Below are positions 13,259-26,416 of a stretch of DNA of 62,937 nt, in pieces. Positions within the stretch are counted from its first letter, which is position 1. Each line of letters opens with the position of its first letter. The stretch covers positions 62,001-124,937 of the forward strand of contig NW_026863253.1 in the NCBI RefSeq assembly GCF_026571515.1. The letters run 5' to 3'. Both the position numbers and the translations under genes were made by a program. Source of the stretch: Ruditapes philippinarum. Its lineage: Eukaryota. The notes below the pieces were generated by a model. That model was not told the origin of the DNA and searched no databases. It worked only from the letters and a program-made list of their open reading frames with translations.

Positions 13259-16200
13259 TTATAAAGGTAAGTCAGACACTGTGCTTGTATTTTCCATATT
13301 TCTGTCATGTACAATGACATTGAAATCTATGGGCTTCAGTGTCAGCCCATACTTACTGTCAACCACAGGGTGCTCACCAGGCACTATTTCAAACTTGCAT
13401 TTTTGCACGAGAATTGTAAAGAAAAGGAAGAGTTCCATCTTAGCCAACTGCTCTCCCGGACATTTTCTTTTCCCAGACCCAAAAGGAAGAAAACAGTCAA
13501 GTTTTGTTCTATCTACAATGAGTCTCGTACCGGAAGTATCCAAAAATCTTGACGGATTGAATACTTCCGGTTCATGGAAGAATTCTGGGTCATGGCTGAC
13601 GGACCATAGATTAACAAACACAAGCGTTTTCTCCTTGATGAAATATCCGTTGATGTAGGTATCTTTAGTCGTACTGTGTGGTAATGCAAATGGGAAAATA
13701 CACGAGTGCCTCATAGTTTCAAGGATGGTCGCCTCAGTGTAGGGCAATTCGGAAAGATCGGTTACATCCGGATCTTTGTCGGTGCCGTAGGCGGCCAGAA
13801 TTTCTTTGTAGACTTTCTCCTGCCACTCCGGGTTTGTCATAAGGTAGAGAATAGACCATTGGAGTGTACTTGCTATTGTATCAAAACCAGCACCTAGATG
13901 AAGTAGAAGGAAAAGGGGAAAAAAACATTAACAATTTACCAAACAATCGTTAATTATGTGAAGAAAAAAAGAATTACCAGGTGCTTTAATTAAACAACGA
14001 AATAGTATTGCCAACGATAGGCCAATTTTAAGGCAACAATGACATGTTAAGAAAGTAGCTGTCATATTCTTTATAATTATGCAAAACCGTTCCCTCTAAG
14101 AGTAAATCTTTACAAAATCATGCCAATTAGGTATAACGAAAACGTACGAAGAACCCGAGAGCGGCTTTGTGTTAATTACAATATATTTTCCGAAAATTTC
14201 CGAAATTTACCGATTCACTAGGGTTCGTAATCCTTAAGTTAAACACACTATACAAAATAATAATAAAAATTACGTACCAATGAGTTCCTGAAGTGTAGTC
14301 ATAATATGTACGTCCGTCAGTCCGACGGACTTTTTCTCCTCCGTGGACGTCTCCTCCGTTGCCTTGATGAGGGCATCTGTGATGTCACGAACGTGGGTTG
14401 CGTCATAGGTGTCAAGATGTTCACGTTGTTTCTTCAGGCATAGATTATCCATCGTGTCCAGAATCTTCAGAAATTGTTTAAAAGACCGTTTTGTAAAATG
14501 TCGCATCCATGGCATAATGTCAACAGGATTTCCTGGAAAATACAATAGATTGAAAGAAAAAAGATCTTTACTAAAAATGTCATCTTTTAACCTTGTCGGT
14601 GAAATTTTTGTTTAATGGAATATAGAATGGAATATAAGATACAGCTAAACGTGGTTCAAAGACCAGTTAGATGATCAGATTTTAGTTGAAGAATAAATAA
14701 AAAAGTGCAGACAAACCACCAGTATAAAACCGACCAGAAAGTTGTCTTTGTCGATTGACATCTTGTTTAGACAACAACAACAAATGATAATAAAATAAGA
14801 TGAATTAATAATAATAATAATAATTTGAGATATTGATTATTTTAAGTTTTAACTTATTAAGTCGTAGTTTTCCTAAGATGTGTGTCCTATTAAGGTAGTC
14901 GTTGACAGAATTTGATTGTACTTTAATTGCATTGATAAGAAGCATGATCTCACTAATGCAGTAAAGTGGATTGGTCTGCAATGGGCACATTTTCCATAAG
15001 CACATGTATAATAAAACAATAGAAATGTGCCATTTCGATATTCTTAAAAAAACTTGAAAAGAAATGTTGATGGAATTGTAAGTGATTTAGTAAGATCATT
15101 TATTTATGATGATCAAGAGTATTTTGTTCTAGAACATTTTATCGTCTGCTGTCTAAATATAATTATGTAAAATCAGATTAGGTATCTCACACTTGCCAAC
15201 AACATACATATATATAATTCTTTCATAGTATAATGTTATGTCTGATATTATTTACAGGGCCTCTTTCGTTTGCTTGTTTATTTATTTGTCATTCAAATAG
15301 TCACACAAATATGTACATGTAATTGTGGTCAAAAGATAATTAGCATAATGGACGGAGCAATCTGTTGCAATTACGAAATCGGTTCGACCTTTATATTTAG
15401 CACTGAATCTCATTAAATACGGACATTTTAATATATTACAACCAGAAAATTATGTTATTAAACAACTATTATATCATATCCTCCAGTTGTTGTCGTGCAA
15501 CAGACTTGTACTTGACGGGTCAACACACATGACGTCACGTGAACGTTTGTATATATAGCACTGAGCCCGGACAATCCCGGTAGTTTGATCTGATAAGTCT
15601 GGGAAAAATGTAAGTTGTTGCTTTTTTATCTTCTGTCAATTATTATTAGATTATTATTTAAATTTTGTTTTTTTTTTAAAGATTTTTTTTTCTTCGCAAA
15701 ATCTGTTACCGGAAACAGATTAACGATGCTAGCTTTCAGGGCTTCCATTTCTCTTTTTGTTACCTCATGACGAAAATAATAAGAACGTTTTTATATGGTT
15801 ATCTTCTTTATAAAGAAATTTATCATTTATTGCTTAATATTTGAAGGCTCAGTATGCCTCAGAAATCCATTTAAAAAAAAAATCTTTAGGAATAACAAAC
15901 ACGTGATTAATAATGTTTAAATAATGGATAAAGTGCATGTTAGATGTTTTACAGCGTTGAAAATAAAATAAGGTAGCAAAAAGATACAAAGTACATGTAG
16001 TAAATTGTATTTGGACTTTCATTCAAAATACTAATTCACTATTATTATACCAATTGCAAACAGAAATATATAAAAGATAGTTTGTGCATCTAGCAAATGA
16101 AGAGTTTGTTTTTGTAAACTGTAACAAGATACAAAAAAAAACATATACAAATTTGAAAACTTTAGCATTTCTGAGGCATAATGTACCTTTAAGATTTATT

Positions 16201-19200
16201 CTACCTTTTACCGGGGTCTTTCAAATATAATAAATAATGTTTATAACTTTTTACAGATCACGATGAGACAGTTTGTTATCTGCGCCTTGCTTATTGTCTT
16301 GGCTGTTGCTTATGTGCAGTCAGGTAAGTTTTCAAACACATAGTTATAACAACAACAACAACAACACCAACAGTCGCAAAACACTATTAACGATAAGGCG
16401 CTTTAGTTGCGTACGATATTCTGGAACAAAAGAAGATTTTTGCGAGCGAAACCAAATCTCAAATCTGATAAAATTGTTCAGTAAAAATCAAGTAGTTCCG
16501 AAGAATTACTGTATTTTATTTACATTAATTGAATAAAAAAATATGCATGGCTCAAAGATTTTCTTTTATGATCATAGAAATAAATGAAATGATTTGAGGA
16601 CAAATTTGCGGAATTATTCTTGAATAATTGTTCTGTTATAAAGTACTGATTACTTGAATTTCTGTATTAAAATAAACCCTATTTTTGCACTAATATTTTA
16701 GCGGCAAGAATAATGATTTCAAAATTAAAACTGTATATTTTGCAGATAATTAGTTTATAAATAATGTAATTTATACTCAGTTACATAATTATTTCCAGTG
16801 TTTTATTGTAATATATCAGATGATTATATTCTGATAAACCACTAGTGAAATTTATAAAATATAATTTTCACTGTAGCCGGACTATATCAGAATGCGGATG
16901 AAAAGAAAATCATATCTAAATGGAATAGCACGCAGAAATAAATGCCGTCATACGTAAATTTTGCTTCTTTAGGAAAAGAAAGTCGATGTAATCATACATC
17001 ATGTTAAAAATGTAACAAAATTAGAGAAATTTAATAGAACTATATTTCAAAATTGATGATGTGACGTCATGATGTGATGACGTCACAAAGGAGAATGCAC
17101 GACGTTACGCGGCAAAATCAGTAAAAAATATTTAAAATCACTTAAAAAGCATGAAATAAAAAGAAAATTTATTTGTTTTACATATAAGATTGAAATCACA
17201 CGAGCGAGATTTGTCATGGCACTTACATGACTCCATATTAATCAGTTCTTATAACAAGACTATACTTATATTTCAACAGAGTGTGTTCATAATGGTATCA
17301 CATACAAGACAGGTGAACAGTACCAAGACGACTGCAATAAATGCACTTGCAGTGGGAATGGAGGAGGAGCGTGCACCAGAAGAGAATGCCCACCCAAAGG
17401 TGTGTTTGTAATACAATTCTGCACTTTTCTTAATTAGTTTATCCTGTCAAACAGTGTTATGACAATCTAACATAAATTATCTTTTTTTTTTTACCATATT
17501 TATGTTTAGTACTGTTGACCACAAATATCACTTAAATACAGGAGTTAAATCCAGATTTTACGTAATACATTTTAAGTGAAATGAGCTTTTATGAAAACGA
17601 CTCCATTTGAATTTGTGTTCTTTTTTTATTTCAAGCTTAATGTAATATTATTAAAAGCCTTTGACATCTTAGTTAAACCGACGCTTACATGATCTAAACC
17701 TCAACGGAAAATGACGGAACTATATACCGAAATTTCTCGAACACACTGCACGGGTGCTTAAAGCGGCCTTTAGCTTTAATTTTTTGTTGAACAAACAGTT
17801 CTGTATTATTTCAAACTAAATACTTCAGTAACTTTATCTTGAAAAATTAATTCTTTTGATTTGACAATTATATGAAACGATTTATCTAAAAATAACATAT
17901 TTAACATATTTTACCTTTAAAAAAGCTAAAGGCCGCTTTAATAATGTTATTTCATGTCGATTTTATCATTGAAGTCTGCACGTACAACGGAGGGAGTTAC
18001 GGGGACGGAGAACAGTTTATGGACGCTGACAACTGTAACCAATGCACGTGCACTGCCACTGGGGTCGCAGCCTGTACCCTTATGTTGTGTGGTTAACAAC
18101 GACAAATAAAACACCACCATTAATAACATCACATGTTTATTAAAAATGATTTTCTTTGACTGTGGTCATTTGATGTAGCGCATTTCTTGTTTTTATGTAC
18201 ATGATGGTATAAAAATAAAATTTGAAGGAAAAAAGATTTTTTTTTGTCTTTTATAAAAAGAATGAGTCGGTAAACTAAGGTAGCATTGAGTTTCATGGTT
18301 GAAAGGTACTAAATACTACATAACGCTTTGTTTGGTAAGTATATAGTTGAACGTACAAATTGCTATACATTATAAAAATTTACCATATTTTATCTGTTTA
18401 AGAAATACTCCCCTGTTGTTATAATTATAAAAGTGCTATACTTTTTTTCCATATTAAGACATATTTTCTAAAAATTACATTGGTAACAATATTAAACAAA
18501 ATGGTATTGATTGAGTTCGGCTATCATTTAATAATATACGAATAATTGTCATTACAAAATTTTAACAATATTTAAACTATTAATATTTTCATCATATTGA
18601 AAAAAGTATTGATTAATGAACACCGGTACCTCAGTAGCAAACACGTTCTTCTTTAAAAACTACTTTTACAAAAGACACTGACGTTTGTTACTCGTTCTCA
18701 AGAAAGTCATTTGAGCCGCGTCATGACAAAACCAACATAGTGCGTTTGCGACCAGCAAGAATCCAGACCAGCCTGCGCATCCGCGCTGTCTGATCAGGAT
18801 CCATGCTGTTCGCTTACCAACTCTATTACAAGTAGAGAAACTGATAGCGAACAGCATGGTCCTAATCAGACTGCGCGGATGCGCAGGCTGGTCTGGATCC
18901 ATGCTGGTCGCAAACCCATTATGTTGGTTTTGTCATGACACGGCTCATTTTTTTCATGATTTCAAATATTTTTTTTATAGAATTTCACTTACCTGCCCCT
19001 GCGAATGCCATGAACTCGTCGTTGTTTTTGACAAGTTGTAGAAAATCTGGGTCGTCCCGGCGGTATCGTTTACCAAAACATAATGCGCATATAATGTTCC
19101 CGACGGAAAGATATATCTCATGGTGCGGATCTATGGGTTGTCCGTCGGACTTGAGTAAATTTTGTACCAAAAATTTAGCCTCTGATACAATTGCCTCCTC

Positions 19201-19623
19201 AATAGGGTTGTACTTCTTGTTTGCACAGAGGGCCAAAACATTCTGTGCAATCTTCCGGTGCATCTTCCATCTTGCTCCATAGTCGCTAAATCCCATACTG
19301 TTGCCATTGGCAATGAACTTGAATGAATAGAAATCCGGTCGTCCAGCGAAATCTTCTGACTGCTTGACAAGCGCCTGTCGGATTACTTTCTGACCATTTA
19401 GGACAACAGTCGGGCACGAGCCCATTGTGATCTGATAAACGTCCCCATAGCGTTTCCGGTATTCAGTCAAAGTCTTATGGGGTTTGCACCCCAACTGCGC
19501 CAGGTTACCAATCACCGGCCACCCGAGCGGACCCGGAGCTGTTGACGCAACTTTCGCCTTGCGTCTTTTGAGTACGACCATGCACAGCCCAAATATAAGC
19601 AGTAAAACTGGCGTGACGTACAT
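13259..19623 (-). CDS. Cytochrome P450, CYP1-like (clan 2), about 506 aa; exons 19623-18993, 14532-14278, 13893-13259
   Basis: N-terminal anchor, PGPLGWPVIGN, FAGRPDF, WKMHRK, I-helix ELIGAGFDT, ETMR, FNPSRF, heme motif FGSGKRKCPG; both introns GT-AG phase 1; 1521 nt open. Confidence 0.93.
15530..15615 (+). promoter_or_regulatory. Candidate core promoter and short non-coding exon 1 of the nested pacifastin-like gene
   Basis: TGACGTCA 15530-15537 overlapping CACGTG 15536-15541; TATATATA 15550-15557; GTAAGT donor 15610; acceptor at 16256 just before the ATG. Confidence 0.6.
15845..16188. mobile_element. Kolobok-like MITE, copy 1
   Basis: TIRs aggctcagtatgcctcagaaat / atttctgaggcataatgtacct with TTGA/TTAA flanks; homologous to 19944-20298. 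Confidence 0.7.
16263..18096 (+). CDS. Secreted two-domain pacifastin-like serine protease inhibitor, 100 aa, nested antisense in P450 intron 1; exons 16263-16323, 17280-17399, 17975-18096
   Basis: MRQFVICALLIVLAVAYVQS-ECVHNGITYKTGEQYQDDCNKCTCSGNGGGACTRRECPPK-VCTYNGGSYGDGEQFMDADNCNQCTCTATGVAACTLMLCG*; both introns phase 1 GT-AG; AATAAA 18105-18110. Confidence 0.88.
17762..17937. mobile_element. Short Kolobok-like MITE
   Basis: TIRs agcggcctttagcttt / aaagctaaaggccgct with TTAA on both sides. Confidence 0.75.
18713..18946. mobile_element. Palindromic MITE, GAG...CTC ends, 4-bp TSD (Sola-like)
   Basis: About 110-bp arms gagccgcgtcatgacaaaaccaacat... / ...atgttggttttgtcatgacacggctc; TSD ATTT. 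Confidence 0.8.
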
Positions 19624-19716
19624 TTTCCTAATTGTTGGATATTAGAATTAGTCCTTAAATTTATTTCACACGAGCGTTGCTTCAAACACAAAATGACTTT
19701 TTTAAACCAGGAGCAA

Positions 19717-19730
19717 ACTTTTATATAAAG
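19717..19730 (-). promoter_or_regulatory. Candidate TATA box of the P450
   Basis: Minus strand CTTTATATAAAA about 100 bp upstream of ATG 19623. Confidence 0.45.
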
Positions 19731-19943
19731 TAGGGGACATTTTACATATTTAATGAGAATGGTTATAAAACAGACACTTTGACCAGTACAATGACCTGCA
19801 GAGCGTCACTTTTCAGACGAATTAATGACACTGGGGGAAAAAGTCGCTCTCTTATTCACATGTCAGACTGCATGATGTTATATTAAAAGTTTAAAAGGGC
19901 ATGTCACATGATACCTGAAGGCCAGTCAAGCTGATTTGTTTAA

Positions 19944-20298
19944 AGCCACATTATGCCTCAGGATATCATTTGAAAAAAATCTTTAGAAATGTCAAACATG
20001 TGTTTAATAGTGTTTGAATAATGGATTTAGAGCATGTTAGATGTTTAACAACTGAGAAGAAAGTAGCGCTGAACGTGCGATAATGTAGAAAATTGTAAAT
20101 AAACAAGTATTTTGACATCCATACAAAATACTAATTCAAAATACTAATAATACCGATTTCAAACAGAGGTATATTTGCAAAAGATAGTCCATATATATGA
20201 CAATTGAGTATTACTTTGAAAAATGTAACAAGATACCAAAAAATGAAGATTTTTTTTGAGAAATTAAATTGGTAGCATTTCTGAGACATAATGAGCCT
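19944..20298. mobile_element. Kolobok-like MITE, copy 2
   Basis: TTAA flanks (19940-19943, 20299-20302); TIR and interior similar to 15845-16188. Confidence 0.7.
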
Positions 20299-20406
20299 TT
20301 AATTACAAGAAAGGCTAAAACCCTAACATGATCGATCTCAAGCTTACGAAATTAAAATCCTTCTTACTTAAGGTAATTAATATGTTCAAATGTCTAAACA
20401 ACAAAT

Positions 20407-20570
20407 GAGCCGCGTCATGACAAAACCAACATAATGGCTTTGCGACCAGCATGGATCCAGACCAGCCTGCGCATCCGCGCAGTCTGATCAGGATCCATGC
20501 TGTTCGCTATCAGTTTCTCTACTTGTAATAGGGTTTGTAAGCGAACAGCATGGGTCCTGATCAGAATGCA
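20407..20570. mobile_element. Truncated second copy of the Sola-like MITE
   Basis: AAAT|gagccgcgtcatgacaaaaccaacat matches the 18713 copy; right arm incomplete. Confidence 0.75.
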
Positions 20571-21139
20571 TTTTTTGACGAAATGCTTCATAAATAACCT
20601 GACGAGGTCTGCGTCTTGTTTATGCCTAGGTCACAAATAAGAAAATGCCGCCGGGCGGCGTCTGTTTCTCCAAAAAATCGCAATATCGACCGGCGTCCGT
20701 CCGGCGGCAGTGACTATCGGACGGCAGCAGCTGAAAATTTTGTTCATCGGGCGGGCGCATTCGAGTTTTAAGTACTACTTAAAAGCTAACGGCGGCAGGA
20801 CGATAATTTTTGGGGTCACTGAGTATAAAATATCATCGAGCGGACACCGCTCGGTCGCCGGGCGGCGACTGGTCGATGTTTTTGTGATCGGGCGATTTTT
20901 TTTTCTATTAAAACACCGTCCGATTTAAAAGGCTTCCGGGCGGACATCGGCCGGGCCCCGCCCGGTGCCTGAATAGAGACGAGTAGTCAAACGATTATCG
21001 CCCGGTAACCGGACGATTCATGTACAGGCACCGGGCGGTCATCGGTTTGTCATCCGGCGACCGGGCGGCTTGTGTTTGTTGTAATTTCAGCTATTGCCTC
21101 AAAAATATATTTGTGTAATTCTTTTCAATACTAGTAAAC

Positions 21140-22435
21140 ATGGACATTCTTGTGGAGCAAGAACGTGTTCGTCGATATTTCGTACGGCAAAGACAAAATA
21201 TAATTGTTTATTTAGCAGCATTATATGACGAGGGTCAGTTCAGCGGAGGCCGTAGGAGAAGGTCAATCTGGGTGAAGCCATGGCTTCAGAGAAGGGTTTT
21301 CTATGGCCAATACGACACTCTTATGATGGAACTAATGCGAGAATCGCGCGGGGACTTCAAAACATACTTACGCATGGAACCGGAGATGTTTCGAGAGATT
21401 CTTACTAGGGTGGCGCCACGAATCACCAAGAATAAGCAAAGGCGACCTCCTTTAGAAGCAGGGCTTAAAGTAGCTATTACCATGCGCTTTTTAGCTACCG
21501 GAAATTCCTACCACAGCCTTGCGTTTGACTTTCGTGTTGCTCACAATACTATTTCACTCTTCGTGCCGGAAGTTTGTGAAGCCATTGTAGCTGAGTTTAA
21601 AGACGAGGTCATATGTACACCATCAACCCCCGATGAATGGATCGAAGTTGCAAATAAGTTTCGACGGCGATGGGATTTTCACCATACATGCGGCGCACTC
21701 GACGGAAAGCATATTGCGATCAAAAAACCAAAGCAGTCTGGAAGTCAGTTTTACAACTACAAGGGGTTCTTTTCTATTGTTCTGTTAGGTCTCGTCGATG
21801 CAGATTATAAGTTTTTGTGGGCGAACATTGGAGCTAACGGTTCGTCTTCAGACTGTGGCGTATTCAATCGGTCTAGCCTGGAGCCAGCCCTTAGAGAAGG
21901 AACTCTTGGGTTGCCACCACCAGAACCACTTCCATTTGACGATAGAAACACGCCATATTTCTTAGTGGGCGATGACGCCTTCCCTTTGAGATCGTATCTC
22001 ATAAAACCCTTTCCCCATCGCTTCTTGGACCACGACGAAAGAATTTTCAATTACCGTTGTTCCAGGGCTAGGCGAGTAGTTGAAAACGCTTTTGGAATTC
22101 TTGCGGCAAGATTTAGATGCCTTCTTACCACGATGCAGACAACCCCAAGGAATGCCAAGAGGATAACAAAGGCTTGTTTGATCTTGCACAACCTGATGCG
22201 GGATCGTTATCCGAGCTTGCAGAACGAGGACCTTGACCATGATGACGGACAGGGGGATGTCGTGCCAGGGGCTTGGCGGAATGTTGGCGTGCTCGATGAC
22301 GTCAATGATGTCGCCAGAGGACCAAGAGGAACAAGGGAAGGGAAGCAGCTTCGTGTGTATCTAAAGCACTATTACTGCAGTGATGTTGGGCGCGTACCCT
22401 GGCAAGAAGCAGCTATTAATATGCCCTTGCGATAG
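21140..22435 (+). CDS. Harbinger DDE transposase (HARBI1-like), 431 aa, single exon
   Basis: RFLATG, GALDGKHI, YNYKGFFS, GSSSD, GDDAFPL, ARRVVENAFGIL, LHN motifs; no stops. Confidence 0.95.
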   Translation: MDILVEQERVRRYFVRQRQNIIVYLAALYDEGQFSGGRRRRSIWVKPWLQRRVFYGQYDTLMMELMRESRGDFKTYLRMEPEMFREILTRVAPRITKNKQRRPPLEAGLKVAITMRFLATGNSYHSLAFDFRVAHNTISLFVPEVCEAIVAEFKDEVICTPSTPDEWIEVANKFRRRWDFHHTCGALDGKHIAIKKPKQSGSQFYNYKGFFSIVLLGLVDADYKFLWANIGANGSSSDCGVFNRSSLEPALREGTLGLPPPEPLPFDDRNTPYFLVGDDAFPLRSYLIKPFPHRFLDHDERIFNYRCSRARRVVENAFGILAARFRCLLTTMQTTPRNAKRITKACLILHNLMRDRYPSLQNEDLDHDDGQGDVVPGAWRNVGVLDDVNDVARGPRGTREGKQLRVYLKHYYCSDVGRVPWQEAAINMPLR

Positions 22436-23054
22436 TATAGCATATAACATTTAGACGAAAGTGTGTATATGGTGCATCATGACAGTTAATCTTACAGCAA
22501 GCAGCCAATTATGCGGTTGTAATTATTTAGGCTATTTTATAGTGTTATAACTTGAAAATATTTTGATCAGAACTTAACAAATGTGTCTTCAAATATTCCT
22601 CTTCTAGTTTTAATTTCATGTAATGATAACATTTGAAATAGAGTAATAGCTTTATTTACTTTATTATTTTAAATGACTTCAACAACATAGTAATAGATAA
22701 TATTTCAAGGTAACATTTAGGCATATTTGTGCATATTACGCGTTATGTGTGTTTCACAGAATACTAAAAAATTAAACATTTTACAGTGAATGTTGCAGAC
22801 ATAAACAGGGTAAGTCAATGATCATAAGTAAGAGTATTACATAATTACTTCGGTTTAACTTTTATACATTGTGAACGGATTTTTGTACCGAATTTTATGT
22901 TATTGATTTGTGTATTTGAAATTCTAATAATGATTAAATTGTTCATTAATCGAACTTCTTGTCCGAATTATATTTTTTTAATAAAAAAATAAACGAGCAA
23001 CCTGAATAGCATCAAAGTTCTATAATGTTTTGAGCACCCATACAAAATGACGCA

Positions 23055-26000
23055 TTACTTCTGTTGTTGATTAGCTAGTGGATACAGGCTGCGGTCCTCT
23101 ACTTGTGTAGATGGTGATGACGACATTGTCTGCTGTGTCTGCCTAGCTTCGCTTGCAAGGTCTTGAGAACTGTGAACACTGGGAATGTTCACAGCCTGGA
23201 ATGCCTGTGCAATTAAACTTGCCGTACTTTTTGTCTTCGCAGATCGACCTGACGACATATTGTCCGACGTAGTCTAAAACAATGCCAAATAAGATGAGTT
23301 AAGTGTTTGACACGAAATAATTTGCATATTATACAATTACAGTAAAACCAGCCTCTAAATATACAAAACCCTTCAATAATATCACCTCAAAATTCGAAAA
23401 TAAGTTATTTGTAATGTTTTAAGCATTTATAGAAAACCAACCCGCGGTAAAAACAGAAGGTACTAGGGTTGTCTTAATACAGGATGTTCATTGTATTGTT
23501 GATGTTTACATTGCTTTTTGGACTAAAGAAACAAGCATAAGAATTGTTGAAATAAGTATTATTTTATAAGAAGTTTCATAGTATTTTTAAGGAAAACAGT
23601 CCATCCGTAACACTCTAGGCTGTTTCCTTACTTCAAATTTGTTTTGATATGACAAAGTATGCTCGGTTTGAAAATATTAAACCATAAAAAAGCTGATGTA
23701 TTTCAAGCAATAGTAATGCCCTCGAAAGTATTCAAAAAAAATCTTAACATCGATTTTCAACCCTGATACTGACCTCATTGATTGTTGTCTGCTCATTGTC
23801 ATGAAGCATAGAAAGGTACGACTGTTGCTGATCCGGAAGCTGAGGTGGTTGTTGCTGCTGGAAAGCTGGCAAACTGACAGGAAAGACCTGCGAGGGAGGA
23901 GGCATGCGAGGACTTCCAGCAACTGTAACAGCCGGTAAATAGCGCATAGTCGCCTCGAAGGTGTCTCTCTGAAACTGTCTAAAGCTCTGTGCAGGCACTG
24001 CAAGACAGGCACTTGTTAGCCACTGGCCCCAGGCAGTCCGTTCGTCTCCAGCTTTGGCTTTTTCATCTGCACACAAACGTTCTACCTAAAACCAAAACAC
24101 ATAAATAACAGCAACAGGAAAGAGTACATGCGGGAAATGCAAAATGCAGAACAGACAACGTCTACCAACGCTTATAAAGAACAGAAAGAATAGAAGGATA
24201 TATGGTCAAAAACATGAAGTTACAACTGTCAGCGGACAATATATGAACTACTTGGGGGGAGGGGAGTCCGTCTCTAAGGGGCGCCAAAGCTCGCACTTAA
24301 CTTATATTTGTTACGAGTTTCGAATTTTACTATTAAAGTAGTAAATTGTACCCTTTGATCTGCCGCTCTCATGTCCTGACGGGTAACATCCAGCAAACTT
24401 TGAAGTACATTAACAACGCTGGAGCTTGTTTTTGGTTTCTTCTTTGTCCTTTCGCCAATTGACTGAATGGCACCCGTGGTTGTGGTAGTTCCAAGGTCCG
24501 CATCCTCTTCATGGTCAAAGCTCCCTGTCTCATCTCCATCCTCAGTCCCATCGTCCTCTATGTCCTGTTGTTAAATTACAAAAACATATACTGGAAATAT
24601 TGCAGTTAATATTGAAAGAAAATGAACTTTAGAAGTAAATGTTAAATACATGTGTTATAAACTTCTGAAAACGTTTTATATCATAGCCTATAATAATTGT
24701 GAACACTGTGATTTATCTGCTTATTTTGATACTAAGTATAAAATAACATCAAATTGTTTCGATATGATGAAATTCATGAAGCATATTTATATAAATCACA
24801 GTTATATTAAGTTTATCCTCTTGTAAGAAGCTTACATCTGTATTTCATCAATGGATTGGTTAAAAAATGTACGTACATCTAGTGAGCAATAAAACAATAA
24901 GATCATGTAATGAAAATTGAATTTCAAAATAATTACCTTTCCAAGCTCCTCGCAAAGTACCCGTGGCTTAAGATAGGAATCGAGAAACGCATATCTACGA
25001 AGCTTCCATTGCTGTAACATGGTGAGTTTCTTCGCACCTTGACCAGACTTTCCCTGACTGATTAGCCTTTTTATTTTGCCTATGTCAGTTCGTATTGAAA
25101 CGAACCGCTTCCAAATGTTATCAGCTACAAAAAATATAAAAAGGTAATTGCATGGTCGTACAATAATTCACAACTCTTCTATAGATGCTTAAAATTTGCT
25201 TAGTTTCAGACGATGCTGTTTACTTTTTTTGGTGTTCCAAAATTTGGTGGTTCATGTGTATTCATTTACTAAAAAGGTACTCTTTAAGGTCATCACATAT
25301 ACAAGGACATGGTTTTTCAAGTAAAAGTCCAAGTGTGAATAATGTTATAAATATGTTTATTTTTAAATTACAGTCAAGGCTGTCTTAAACAGCCATCCAA
25401 GACATACAGTCATTTTGGCTACTTAAAATAGGTGGGTACTCAATGGAGGATCAAGTTCTCATTCAAATATATTTTTTAAGAAAAGCTATTATAATAGTTG
25501 GCTATCGTTATGTGTATACTAAATCTATTTTAATCATAGAGTAATCTGAATCATTATCATCAGTCATTATTATTATCATCATCATTATCATAATCATAAC
25601 CATCATCAGTTTTCACTATTTACAAACGTATATAAATATTAATGGTTTGATATGTACACTCCTTCCATAATAGAAGCAATCCTGGCTTGAAGCTTTGCAT
25701 AAATGTAACGTAGATAAATGCACTCACGATTAATAATCTCCATAATTGATACTTATTATTCGATAAAAATATTTATCTTCTTGAATAATAAAGGTTTTTT
25801 TACAAAACATAATAATTGTCTTTATTTAACTTCCGATCAATAGGAAAATGTGTGACAACCATTTAAGTTTCGGCACTTTCTTTTATGATTTGGATTAAAC
25901 AATAGATTCTACATGTTGGTAAACATCAAAGATTCTTTTCTCCCACCTCTGACCACTTATTATTAAAGTCGAAAGATAAAAAGTGGCCAAACGCAATAAT

Positions 26001-26416
26001 AATATCTTATTCCAAAATCGCAAACAAACAAATGATTGCAAAACAAAAACGACATGGTCGTTTAAGCCAGGTGAACGCCTATTTACATCGACGAACATTT
26101 TAATTAGTTGTTAATGAATCCATAAAGACGGGTAATAAAATTTGAAAATACCTGTGTGTCCTTGGCCAAGAACAGCAGCAAAATTTAAAAGTTCTGTATT
26201 TCTCTTTTGTTTGTTTTTGTAATCACTGTCACCTTGATTATAGAAGAATGGTCTTTCTTCGAAAAAATCAGCAATTTTTTCTTCAATGTCCATGCGTGTA
26301 TCTAATGGACCTTCGCCTTCTACGGCCTCGATATTGGCCGTTGGTGACTCGGTGTCACTATTACGGACCTCCTTGGCCTTCCCCTTAGCTTTTGCGGCTG
26401 ACCTCTTTGGTGGCAT
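23055..26416 (-). CDS. Harbinger MADF/Myb-like DNA-binding partner, about 398 aa; exons 26416-26152, 25124-24937, 24564-24352, 24085-23774, 23273-23055
   Basis: MPPKRS...IADFFEERPFFYNQGDSDYKNKQKR...ADNIWKRFVSIRTDIGKIKR...KSGQGA...W...YAFL is MADF-like; all junctions GT-AG and in frame (1197 nt). Confidence 0.82.

Noticed and set aside
16213-16230. ggggtctttcaaatataa resembling the TIR at 4115-4138
   Set aside because: Short AT-rich match with no partner end; likely chance or an unrecognisable relic
18666-19041. ORFs MDPDQPAHPRSL... and MVLIRLRGCAGW...
   Set aside because: Translations of the palindromic MITE
21140-22435. Domesticated host HARBI1 gene
   Set aside because: Enclosed by TIRs and TSD with a MADF partner, so it is a transposon gene
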